A DNA stretch of 64,000 nt from positions 11,040 through 75,039 of the forward strand of contig JBIJBE010000016.1 in the NCBI GenBank assembly GCA_044345405.1, written 5' to 3'. This document shows, piece after piece, positions 17,470 to 26,446 of this stretch (within the stretch, counting starts at the first letter, position 1; each line of letters opens with the position of its first letter). Position numbers and translations under genes: made by a program. The notes beneath the pieces are model-generated. The model ran no database searches. It saw only the letters and a program-made list of their open reading frames with translations, and was not told the origin of the DNA. The stretch is from Bdellovibrionota bacterium (GTDB taxonomy: Bacteria; Bdellovibrionota_C; UBA2361; OMII01).

Positions 17470-18036
17470 ATGAGAATGGCGTTATGGACAGTAGTGGCGG
17501 TTGTTTTCGCGCTCACCGGGTGTGAGGGTGGCGGGAGCTGCCCATGGGAGCGCCCCTCGTGCTGTGACAACAACCTCTTTGGGTGTGGGCCCTTCGATCT
17601 TCCGCAGGGCTGCTCGTGTGGAGATTACTTCTCCCGTTCCTTCCAAGGCTTTCCAATTCGCTCAAAAGTAGCATCAGTTCGGCAAACCCTGAACACCTCG
17701 GAAGGGACGTGGCGCGCGTCGCTTACCAAGAGTGGCAGTGGCTGTTCCTATCTTAAACGACGGACAACAGCTACCGTGTTGATCCGGGAGCGGAATCAAC
17801 AGGTCACGATGAAATTCCTCGGACTCGCGACGCTGCGTGGAAATCGAGTTGGCCGAAATGTACGCGCCCGTGGGCGAATCTCGGTCCCACTCTCTCGCTG
17901 CTCTGCTGATGTTAGTAGTGAAATCTCCCTCTCCAGCCCAACCGCAGGCAACGTCTCCGGTAAGGTCGATGTGACCTGCGCCACTCAGAATCTCTCGTGC
18001 GCCGCTACCTATTCAGGCGCCCTCAAAAAGATGTGA
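17470..18036 (+). CDS. Cysteine-rich lipoprotein
   Basis: Lipobox ALTG-C; 11 Cys in total, seven clustered at the N-terminus. Confidence 0.72.
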   Translation: MRMALWTVVAVVFALTGCEGGGSCPWERPSCCDNNLFGCGPFDLPQGCSCGDYFSRSFQGFPIRSKVASVRQTLNTSEGTWRASLTKSGSGCSYLKRRTTATVLIRERNQQVTMKFLGLATLRGNRVGRNVRARGRISVPLSRCSADVSSEISLSSPTAGNVSGKVDVTCATQNLSCAATYSGALKKM

Positions 18037-18924
18037 CAGCCCCCTCGGCGCGTCGTGGAGCTCACCGTCTTCGGTCATAGATATCCAGTAGTTTGGGGTC
18101 ACGAGCCACGCGGAGTCGTCGACCTTTTCCAGATCAAGGCGGAGCTCGCTGTTGGTATACCACCCATACATCTCGACAGCCTCTCGAAGCGTTTCCGCGC
18201 ATTCTTCGTTGTACGTTCCCGTGCACGGATACGCGAAGACCTCCTGAATGAACTCCACCAGGAATCCAGTGCGTTGACGAGTAATGCGCGCAAGCTGTCC
18301 CGGTTCATCTGAAGCGTACGATAGAGGGACGAGGATACGTCCACCTTCGTTGAGGCTTTCAAGCCACCGCCTTGGAACGTGGGTGGCTGCCCCGTGGACT
18401 ATCAAGACGTCTAGGGATCGAGCTTTGAAGGGATAGGTGCTTCCATCGGCGTGGAGGCATGTGCTGTTTGGATAGCTGGCGAGGTTGCGCTGGCACTGCT
18501 TCGCGAGCAAGGGGTTAGCCTCCAACGCAAACACTGAGCCGGTCGGTCCAACTAGGTGCGATAGGATTGCGGAGTAGTATCCCAAGCCCGCCCCGATCTG
18601 CGCCACCGTCGAGCCGATATCGATCGACGCGCTCTCCATCACGCTCGCCATGTATGATGGAAGGGCCGTGTTTAACTCTTCCTCTGGGTCGATAGCTACC
18701 ATTACGTTGTGGTACAGGTGATGAGGTTCCGCTGTGGGAGTTAGTTGATAGGTCTCGGTCATCATTCCGGTCGAGAAATGCCACGGGCCTTTCGAAAGGA
18801 ATAATTCCCGGGGAATGGACGCGAAGGCGGAGATGATACGGGGGTCGGAAACCCCAGAGGCCCACCGGATCTCTTCGGCGTACCAGCGTCGTAAAGTCTC
18901 AAGAGAAAATAAATTCATATACAT
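18013..18924 (-). CDS. Protein-L-isoaspartate O-methyltransferase (Pcm)-like protein
   Basis: AFASIPRELF, QIGAGLGYYSAILSHLVG..G.V..LE, L..GGRILVP. Confidence 0.82.
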   Translation of the reverse strand: MYMNLFSLETLRRWYAEEIRWASGVSDPRIISAFASIPRELFLSKGPWHFSTGMMTETYQLTPTAEPHHLYHNVMVAIDPEEELNTALPSYMASVMESASIDIGSTVAQIGAGLGYYSAILSHLVGPTGSVFALEANPLLAKQCQRNLASYPNSTCLHADGSTYPFKARSLDVLIVHGAATHVPRRWLESLNEGGRILVPLSYASDEPGQLARITRQRTGFLVEFIQEVFAYPCTGTYNEECAETLREAVEMYGWYTNSELRLDLEKVDDSAWLVTPNYWISMTEDGELHDAPRGLSHLFEGA

Positions 18925-19041
18925 CCCCGCGATGGAGGGATGTTATGAATTGTCAAAGCTTTAGTCATGCGGAGGGCGCTAAAGGAGCCCTCGGTTCCAC
19001 TTAAAGTAGAGAAAAAGCGTGTCAGTCGCGACTTTCACACT

Positions 19042-19743
19042 TTACGTAAGGTCGAACACGATGATCTCCGAGGGTTCGCCCGCTCCCTTGATTGTAATCA
19101 GCCCCGTCTCTTCGATGGCGACAGCGTCTCCACCCGTTACGGTATCTCCGTTGATGGAGCAGATTCCTTTAATGACGTGAATCCACGCCCCTCTTCCCTC
19201 CTTGAGGTTGTGAGAAATATCTCCCGTGGAGGATAGCGAGGAAACGTACACATGGGAGTCTTGGTTGATCGGAAGGGCGTTATCTCCCTCTCGCTTGCGA
19301 CCGGCGACCCGAACGAGTCGATCGACACGATCCGCGAGAGGAAATTCACGCTGCGCGTACGTCGGCGGTAGCCCATCCGTCTCGGTCTCGATCCAAATCT
19401 GTATGAGATGCACCGGGGTGGTCGGCGATGGGTTGAACTCGGAGTGTCGGATGCCGCGACCGGCGGACATAACCTGCACCTCCCCAGGTCGTAAAACCTC
19501 TCCATGCCCAAGGCTATCTTTGTGCTCAAGAGCACCATCGACGACGATGGTGATGATCTCCATGTCGCGGTGGCCATGCATTCCGAATCCTTTTCCGGGG
19601 GCGATGATGTCATCGTTGATCACCCGTAGGGTGCGAAATCCCATGTTTCGGGGATCGTAGTAGTCACCGAATGAGAATGAGTGACGACTATAGAGCCATC
19701 CTATCTCGGTGAGACCTCGATCGTTAGCTTTTCGGATATACAT
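19042..19743 (-). CDS. Pirin-family protein (YhhW-like quercetinase)
   Basis: WL.SRHSFSF..YYDP, LRVINDD, GFGMHGHRDMEI, HKDSLG, MSAG.GIRHSE.N. Confidence 0.93.
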   Translation of the reverse strand: MYIRKANDRGLTEIGWLYSRHSFSFGDYYDPRNMGFRTLRVINDDIIAPGKGFGMHGHRDMEIITIVVDGALEHKDSLGHGEVLRPGEVQVMSAGRGIRHSEFNPSPTTPVHLIQIWIETETDGLPPTYAQREFPLADRVDRLVRVAGRKREGDNALPINQDSHVYVSSLSSTGDISHNLKEGRGAWIHVIKGICSINGDTVTGGDAVAIEETGLITIKGAGEPSEIIVFDLT

Positions 19744-19822
19744 GAGCACCTCTGGAGATGTTTCCTCTCAGAGTAAGGTTCGGGGATATGAATTTCAAGT
19801 CTAGAGAGACTTGGAAAACTCC

Positions 19823-20839
19823 CTAGTTGAGGCCCCGACGAACCAGCTTCTCAATAGACGGTTGCATAAGGGCCTCAAGCGCCTTACCGGGCTCACCCGC
19901 TCCCGCGTGGAAGCGCAGCCTGTGAAGGAGCACGTACGGCGCCATGTAACGCAGATCATCCTCAGTGGCGTGAGAGCGGCCATTCGTGAGCGCCCACGCT
20001 TTGACGGCGCTCTGTAACATGAGAGCCGCGCGAGTCGAGGCCCCAAATTGAATCATCGGATTGCCGCGAGTTGATTGAACGATATCGATAATTGCTTGGC
20101 GTAGTGGCTGAGCGATGTGAACCTCCTCGCACACCTTGCGCGCGTCGAGAATGTCACTTCGCGTGCATACCGGATCGATCGAGATCGAAGCGTCTCTAAT
20201 AGACGAGTGGTTCTCCAGGATTTCACATTCCGTGGCGCTATCAACGTACGACATCGGAACCTTGAGAAGGAATCGATCGAGCTGGACCTGGGGGAGGGGA
20301 TAGGTACCGGCGATATCGAGAGGGTTTTGCGTGCCGAGAACGAAGAAGAGTTGGTCGAGTGGCCGGGTAACGTTGTCCATCGTGACCTGCTTCTCGGCCA
20401 TACACTCCAGGAACGCTGCCTGAACCTTCGGACCGGTTCGGTTGATCTCATCCGCGAGTACAACGTGAGCGAAGACCGGGCCGTGCATGAAGTGAAACTG
20501 TCCAGTCTTGGGATCAAAGATGTTTACGCCGAGCACGTCGCCCGGGAGCATATCTGGTGTGAACTGAATTCGGCGGAACGGTACGATCGGATCGGACGAG
20601 ACAGATGGGAACTTATTTCTCCCGGGATCGTCAGCGGCGATAAGTCGTCCCAGGGTCTTCGAGAGCGTGGTCTTTCCAGAGCCGGGATAGTCCTCAAGCA
20701 GCACATGCCCATCGGCGACTAACGCCGCAACCACGAGTCGGATGGTGTCAGAGCGACCTCGAATTACCTTTTCAAGAGCCGCGCAAAGCTTGAGCACCGT
20801 CATGCTCGCTGTGGTGAAGTCTTCAGTTTGGACCGACAT
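19823..20839 (-). CDS. MoxR-family AAA+ ATPase
   Basis: GHVLLEDYPGSGKT, RIQFTPDMLPGD, LADEINR, TQNP, GTYPLP..QLDRF. Confidence 0.94.
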   Translation of the reverse strand: MSVQTEDFTTASMTVLKLCAALEKVIRGRSDTIRLVVAALVADGHVLLEDYPGSGKTTLSKTLGRLIAADDPGRNKFPSVSSDPIVPFRRIQFTPDMLPGDVLGVNIFDPKTGQFHFMHGPVFAHVVLADEINRTGPKVQAAFLECMAEKQVTMDNVTRPLDQLFFVLGTQNPLDIAGTYPLPQVQLDRFLLKVPMSYVDSATECEILENHSSIRDASISIDPVCTRSDILDARKVCEEVHIAQPLRQAIIDIVQSTRGNPMIQFGASTRAALMLQSAVKAWALTNGRSHATEDDLRYMAPYVLLHRLRFHAGAGEPGKALEALMQPSIEKLVRRGLN

Positions 20840-22778
20840 TTCGTATCTCCTCTCGAAAAAGAGCATCAGATAATTTGTTTACCACTTCGGGTGAAGCGCT
20901 TCCCTCTACAAGTCGATTCTTGCTCGATTGTCCGGGGCATGAAAAGCGGAGCGCGAGCTTCCCAGGAGTGGTCGGATCGGCTGCGGTAATAGAGCAGAGG
21001 TTACCCTTGCCAGAGGCTTCCCGAAAGGGGCCCGCTTCGAGCGCTGACCGCAGCGAATGTGGGTCGGAGCCAAGGTCGATGGCTACGGGGAGCTGGAAGC
21101 CGTAGTTTCGAAGCTGCGGGGCCGCGGTATAGAAGACTCGATAGGCGAGCTCGCGATATCGGTCAGTGTCCGGAGAGAGGGAGCTCATCCTGCGGAGGGT
21201 GGTATGTACCTTGAGGAGGGTGTCGAATCCCTCCCGACTCCGCTGCATGACCGATTCATACTTATCGTTCGCCCCTCCCGAAAAGAGCCACGACCGCTCG
21301 TTCTCAGCGAGGTACGCGTCATAGAATACCCCAGCGATCGCGCGAGAGTCCTTTGCGCGTTGCGCCTCCACTCGTCGCGACAGCGCTGAGGTTGAGAGTC
21401 CCGCCAGCGCCTCTCCTAATGTGGGATATTCGAGAAGGCTGTCGGTGTTTCTGATGGTTAGGTCTTCGATGTCGTGAAGATCCTCGATGAGGATCTGTCG
21501 AGCGCGTCTCAAGAGCCACCACGCCCTGACTGAGTTAGAGGCGATAGTCTCCTTTTGTGTGAGCCACTCGCTCCAGCTCTCGGTTTGATAAAAACGCAGG
21601 AGATTATTCTGACGAAGGAGCGCTTGAGCAAGCGAGATATTCGCGGCAACCACGAGATCGTCTTGGTTGGTGCCGATCTTTCCGAACCACTGTGTGCCCT
21701 GTAGGGCCGTCTCAAACCGCTTAATCGCCCGATCAACGTTTCCGGTATGGAGGTCGATACGCCCGCGGGCGAGATTCACGAGCGCCGCGTGCTCCTCGTT
21801 GTTACGCAGCGGGAATTGAGCGATGCACCGTTGGAACCCGTCCATCGTGGAGAGCGCCGCGTCTGTTTTGAGTTGCTCGATATAGAGTAACGTTAAGTTA
21901 AGACTTGGAAGAACGTGCTCGCAGCCATCCGGGAGGCTTGTTGCTCGAAGGAATGTTGACTCGGCCTTCACATCGTCGAAGATCTCCTTGTAGACCTCCC
22001 CAGCGTTGTTAAGTGGTGTCGCTGGTTGCCCATCGATGCCTTGAGAAAATTCGTACGCGATGGCTTGGCGAAAGATCTCAAGCGACTCCTGCGGCTGATC
22101 GTTCATGGAGAGAAGGATGCCGAGCATATTGAGGGTTCGTCCGCTCTCAGCTCCAGCGAGGAGTCCCTCTCGAGCTGCTTTGATCGCCTCCTGAACTCGA
22201 CCAAGCTTCATGAGTACCCACGAGCGCGCCCCCGGATACCACTCCGATTGATATCCGTATCCATGGTAGGCGTCGAGGGCGTCGAGGGCGCCTTGGTAGT
22301 TATCGAGGTTCAGCCTGCATTGACTGAGGTAGTAGAGAAGATTGCCGTGCTCCAGTTGAAGGGTGTGGGAGCTATACGGTGGCTTGCCGTTTTTCTTCTC
22401 GAAAAGCTCTTGAGCTCGTTTAATGTATTTAAGCGCGAGCCGGTAGTGTCCTACGTGTACGAGGTAGTACCCGGAGAGAAGATAGTACGCCTTGTATTCG
22501 TTCGGGTCCTTTTGAATGGCTTTGAGAAGCTTCGTACGCGCGTCGAGGGGTCGCTCCGTAGCGAGTAGGAGCGACGCCTCACGGACCAGCTCTTCCGCGG
22601 TCTTATTCTTGTCGTCCGTCGTTGTGATTTCGTCGAAGCCAAAGATATCGAAGGGATCGAAGGGATCGTCTACCGTTTTATCGGATTGGCGAGTTGGTTG
22701 CGCGTCTTGAGCTGTCGCGTTCAACGGCGCGAATAACAGCGCGAGACAACAGAGTGGAGAGAGGTATCTCGTTACCAT
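20823..22778 (-). CDS. Exported tetratricopeptide-repeat protein
   Basis: Signal peptide (..LNATA-Q); several TPR-like helical pairs (e.g. TLNMLGILL, PLNNAGEVY); overlaps both neighbours. Confidence 0.78.
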   Translation of the reverse strand: MVTRYLSPLCCLALLFAPLNATAQDAQPTRQSDKTVDDPFDPFDIFGFDEITTTDDKNKTAEELVREASLLLATERPLDARTKLLKAIQKDPNEYKAYYLLSGYYLVHVGHYRLALKYIKRAQELFEKKNGKPPYSSHTLQLEHGNLLYYLSQCRLNLDNYQGALDALDAYHGYGYQSEWYPGARSWVLMKLGRVQEAIKAAREGLLAGAESGRTLNMLGILLSMNDQPQESLEIFRQAIAYEFSQGIDGQPATPLNNAGEVYKEIFDDVKAESTFLRATSLPDGCEHVLPSLNLTLLYIEQLKTDAALSTMDGFQRCIAQFPLRNNEEHAALVNLARGRIDLHTGNVDRAIKRFETALQGTQWFGKIGTNQDDLVVAANISLAQALLRQNNLLRFYQTESWSEWLTQKETIASNSVRAWWLLRRARQILIEDLHDIEDLTIRNTDSLLEYPTLGEALAGLSTSALSRRVEAQRAKDSRAIAGVFYDAYLAENERSWLFSGGANDKYESVMQRSREGFDTLLKVHTTLRRMSSLSPDTDRYRELAYRVFYTAAPQLRNYGFQLPVAIDLGSDPHSLRSALEAGPFREASGKGNLCSITAADPTTPGKLALRFSCPGQSSKNRLVEGSASPEVVNKLSDALFREEIRNVGPN

Positions 22779-24955
22779 GTACCACCTCCCAACGCGTTTG
22801 TAATGGAGGATGGGTTAATCGCCGCGATGATTCGCTTCCAGCGCGGAGCCTGATTGAGATTCGCGTGAGCGGTCGCGATAGCTTCGATCACCTCCTGCTT
22901 GTTGAGGGATGGGTTCGCGGCATACGTGGCGTAGTTCACCAAGTCGGTAAGGGGAACCAGGACACGCTCAGGAGAGCGCAGCGAGAATTGTTGCCGGGTC
23001 TCTCCGAAGGACCGGCGCACACCCTGGTCGTAGAGGAGCGATGCCACGGAGATGTATCCCCATCGCGCTTTGCTTGCCGCGGTTGGCGCAAGGCGCCATC
23101 CGTGCCGGAGGGATACCTTTACGAGTATAAGGAAAACGCCCACTCCTAGAGCTCCCCAGATGATCAGAGCTTTATTCGGAAGCCACATCGCTTCAGGTTC
23201 TTCCATTCCCGGCTCGTTTTTGGTTGTCTCAGAGGGAAGGATCTCTTCCCCTGGTTCAAGGCTGCCCATCAATTCCTCAAGGAGCTTTGTATCTACCTGC
23301 GTGTCAGCATGACTCTCGACTTGATCGGGTTGTATATCGAATGGTACCCATCCCGTTCCCTGGATGTACGCCTCTGACCACGCGTGTCGGTCGCTCATGC
23401 GAAGGAGGATGTGCCCATCTTTCGCTTGGCTCAGATCGGTGAGGTAGCCTGTACCGATTCGAGCCGGTATCCCGAGCGCCCGAAGCATGTACACCATCGA
23501 GTGCGCGAAATGGACGCAGTAGCCACGGTGATCTCCAAAGAGAAACGGAACAACGGGGTCGTCCTGTGGAGCGACGTTGTGGTTCGGGGTGAGGGTGTAG
23601 ATGGAGGTGCGAGAGAGGTAGTTAGTAAGCGCGTTAATCTTCTCCACCGGGCTCGTGATCCCTTTGGTGATCTCTTCCGCTAGGTCCTTGTACCGTTTGT
23701 CGCTGTGTTGTTGAAGATAGTGGCTTCGAACCTCCTCTGTCCATCGAGGGTCCCCAACCTCAAGTTTCGAGAGTGAGGAGAGTGGGAACGCTGGCGCAAC
23801 TGAGTATGCCCGGTAGGAGGCCTTAAAACGGGAGGGATTTGGGTTTTTAAGTTGGACAATTGAGAGTGGATAATCGACCGCGAACGCGGAATCGTGATCC
23901 GCGAGCGTGTAGATCGATTGAATGAGGGGCGTGCGGGGCGCTAGGTCGGTGTCCTCTTTTCCAGTGAAGGTGGATTGTGGTGAAACGACCGGTAGATCCG
24001 TATCGAAAGCGCGTCCAGCGAACACCATCTCCTTACCACTGAATTGAGAGAGAGCGCTCTCTCTCAGGTAGAGCATCGGGCTGAACGGATTATCCGAGTA
24101 GTCTCCCTCAAGACGGATAAGACCGGCGGGTTGATTAGTACTTCCGAGCGCGGACTGGAATGTTAAAGGGCTTACACCGAGATTCTCTCCCATCCCTACG
24201 CCGTTCGATACCCGAGCGAGCATCGCCGTGTTGTAGTGCTGATAGAGAGCCGCTTGGATCGCGTAGACGATCCCAGCGAGCGCGATAACGAGCGCTGTTG
24301 AGAAGATGAAGCCACGGCGAGCGCGACTCAGCTGCACATTGGTGCGTTCAGCGCGTGGACGTACGGCCTGCGAAGCCAAATAGAGGTAGCAAAGCAAGAA
24401 ACCAAGTAGCGATGATCCCACCACGATAAGCATAGAGAGGTGTGGAATCCCTAGTCGCCACGCGAGCGAGGAGATAATCTTTGGTCGATCGAAGTGGTAG
24501 TCGCGGTGTCCAGCGAAGACGGCGATCGCCGCCGCGGCGAACACGATAGCTTCGAGAGTTACCGCTCCTCGAGCGCGCCAGAATGTCCACGTCGCGCCGG
24601 CTGTTAGAAAGAAGGCGATAAGCGCGAGTTGGGCGTGAAGGTAGAGTCGAGAGATGGAGAAGTACGCGGGAGTAATTCCCGAGAAAATATAGTTAAGCCC
24701 GCCGAAGAGAAGAGCGAGCGCGAGAACGGCTACGCCGAACGAGATAACGAAGGCTAGATTCGTCAGGCGAGTTTGCGCGAGTCGGGATGCTCCGATAACG
24801 CCCAGGATGCCGGCGATAGAGAGGAGAATAGGCGATGTTCCGAGGGGCTCCATGGTGTTGAGGAGCGAAACCGCTAGAACCACTCCAAGAGAACGGAACG
24901 CCAGAACCGCGCGGTACCACGGGATGCTTGGGGATGAGAGCCACGTTTTTATCAT
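22772..24955 (-). CDS. Membrane-bound transglutaminase-like protein (TgpA-like)
   Basis: About 7 N-terminal TMs; catalytic triad GYCVHFA / HAWSEAY / PFD; LRALGIPARIGTGY; ATGA overlap with the DUF58 gene. Confidence 0.88.
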   Translation of the reverse strand: MIKTWLSSPSIPWYRAVLAFRSLGVVLAVSLLNTMEPLGTSPILLSIAGILGVIGASRLAQTRLTNLAFVISFGVAVLALALLFGGLNYIFSGITPAYFSISRLYLHAQLALIAFFLTAGATWTFWRARGAVTLEAIVFAAAAIAVFAGHRDYHFDRPKIISSLAWRLGIPHLSMLIVVGSSLLGFLLCYLYLASQAVRPRAERTNVQLSRARRGFIFSTALVIALAGIVYAIQAALYQHYNTAMLARVSNGVGMGENLGVSPLTFQSALGSTNQPAGLIRLEGDYSDNPFSPMLYLRESALSQFSGKEMVFAGRAFDTDLPVVSPQSTFTGKEDTDLAPRTPLIQSIYTLADHDSAFAVDYPLSIVQLKNPNPSRFKASYRAYSVAPAFPLSSLSKLEVGDPRWTEEVRSHYLQQHSDKRYKDLAEEITKGITSPVEKINALTNYLSRTSIYTLTPNHNVAPQDDPVVPFLFGDHRGYCVHFAHSMVYMLRALGIPARIGTGYLTDLSQAKDGHILLRMSDRHAWSEAYIQGTGWVPFDIQPDQVESHADTQVDTKLLEELMGSLEPGEEILPSETTKNEPGMEEPEAMWLPNKALIIWGALGVGVFLILVKVSLRHGWRLAPTAASKARWGYISVASLLYDQGVRRSFGETRQQFSLRSPERVLVPLTDLVNYATYAANPSLNKQEVIEAIATAHANLNQAPRWKRIIAAINPSSITNALGGGTW

Positions 24956-26262
24956 ACGTGGACCTCCCATTGGCGCTGCAGACACGAAGCGAGAAACGTT
25001 TGATACGATCTGATAGCGTTCTCTGAGCTCGGATCTCGCGTTGGAGTGACAAGCAAACGCGAGAGCTTATCAAGCTTAGTTGAAGTTCGCATGGTGATAA
25101 CGCCAGATGGTCGCGAGAGGCAGAAAACAGGGTTGATCCCTTGAACGCTTAACCAGGCGGCGAGATCCTCAATTTGTTTCGCCTGTCCGGGGACGGCGAG
25201 GCGCTCCGCCGAGATGAAGAGAAGAAGCTTGTTCACCTTGAGGCTGGGTGTCAGTTGGCTACAGTAATCGAGGAGTCCGGCGGCGTCCTGTTGGAGATGT
25301 CCCGCGCTCTCTGGAGTGGCGTCCCACACCGAGTCGATGAGGAGCTCTCGCAAAGCTTCTGGCGAACAGGCTGCGGAGCGACCGTTCGCCCCTTCGCAGC
25401 TCGCGATGATCTCAAGATTGAGACGGGCGAGCGATTCCGCGTACGCGACAACCTGCGCGCATGCCATATCCCCTTCCTTCGCGGCTATGGTGAAGATGAC
25501 AACGAATCCCTCGGGCGTCATTGAAGCCTCAGGGTGTCGAGAGAGAAGTTCTCCTCGTTTAGCGAACGCCTTCCACACAATCTTCTTAACCCCATCTGAG
25601 GGATGGTAGCTCTTAATATCAAAAGGTTCGCCCTGGCGGTTGAAGAGGTCGATCGTCATCTCGCCGGGGCGTTGTGTTGAGCTGAGTACGGGGAGATTGG
25701 AATCATAGGTCGGGACAGGGGCGATCGTGACCGCTGTCTGTTGCGGGATGGTCCAGGAGAAGCGGGTGAGTCCGGTGACATCACGGAGGGTGCACTCGAT
25801 GCCACGGATGTCCCATTCACCACGGTGTGGAAAGCTAAGGTCAACGTGCGCGCGACGATCTCCTTCCGCAAAGCCCGATACGCGAACGAGCGCGGATGAG
25901 GCGCCGGATCGTTCGAACACGAGCCGCATGTCGAGGACAAAGAGGGGAAGGATTCTCGCACCACGAAGCGCGATGAAAACCCGTACCAGCTCGCCAGAGA
26001 CCCCTGGTTGCTCTGGGGTGCCGATCGACGCGGAGAGGTAGCGCTTGAGGGCGACACCGTGCATAACAACCATCGCCGTCGCGATTCCGATGACGATGAG
26101 GAGGGCGTAGGTAAGGGAGGCTGAGATGATGTCGGTACTCTTTCGAACGGGACCGAGAAGGAGATAGAGGAGCAGGAGCAGTGCAGCGACGCTTCGCCCG
26201 CTTAGGGGCCCCAGACCTGGTCGTTCTACAAAGCTGTGGATAACTCTCCGAATGTGGTGCAA
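24952..26262 (-). CDS. DUF58-domain membrane protein (start uncertain; frame is open to 26499)
   Basis: Two TMs, HRGEW, RDVTGL, IKSYHPSDGVKKIVWKAFAKRG (the RxYxxGD..I.W motif). Confidence 0.82.
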   Translation of the reverse strand: MHHIRRVIHSFVERPGLGPLSGRSVAALLLLLYLLLGPVRKSTDIISASLTYALLIVIGIATAMVVMHGVALKRYLSASIGTPEQPGVSGELVRVFIALRGARILPLFVLDMRLVFERSGASSALVRVSGFAEGDRRAHVDLSFPHRGEWDIRGIECTLRDVTGLTRFSWTIPQQTAVTIAPVPTYDSNLPVLSSTQRPGEMTIDLFNRQGEPFDIKSYHPSDGVKKIVWKAFAKRGELLSRHPEASMTPEGFVVIFTIAAKEGDMACAQVVAYAESLARLNLEIIASCEGANGRSAACSPEALRELLIDSVWDATPESAGHLQQDAAGLLDYCSQLTPSLKVNKLLLFISAERLAVPGQAKQIEDLAAWLSVQGINPVFCLSRPSGVITMRTSTKLDKLSRLLVTPTRDPSSENAIRSYQTFLASCLQRQWEVHV

Positions 26263-26354
26263 TATGCCCCGAAGCTTTTCGCTTTTGTCGTTGCGTTTCA
26301 AGTTGTTGCGTAGGTTTTCCACAGTTTGGGCGGGCTGTTGATACGTGTTGAAAA
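26235..26354. promoter_or_regulatory. Cluster of DnaA-box-like 9-mers
   Basis: Perfect TTATCCACA on - (26235-26243); TTTTCCACA on + (26315-26323); GTATCAACA and TTTTCAACA on - (26336-26344, 26346-26354). Confidence 0.55.
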
Positions 26355-26446
26355 CCTCAATGGGTGTACTAAAGGCAGAGGTGTAGTAGCCTCGCCCACT
26401 TACGGAGGAGTGGCTCACAAACTCCCGCCGTCCTGATAAGTTACCA

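Noticed and set aside
26235-26354. oriC
   Set aside because: Only four boxes, no clear AT-rich unwinding element, no dnaA/dnaN/gidA nearby, and no obvious strand-composition switch by eye (skew not computed).
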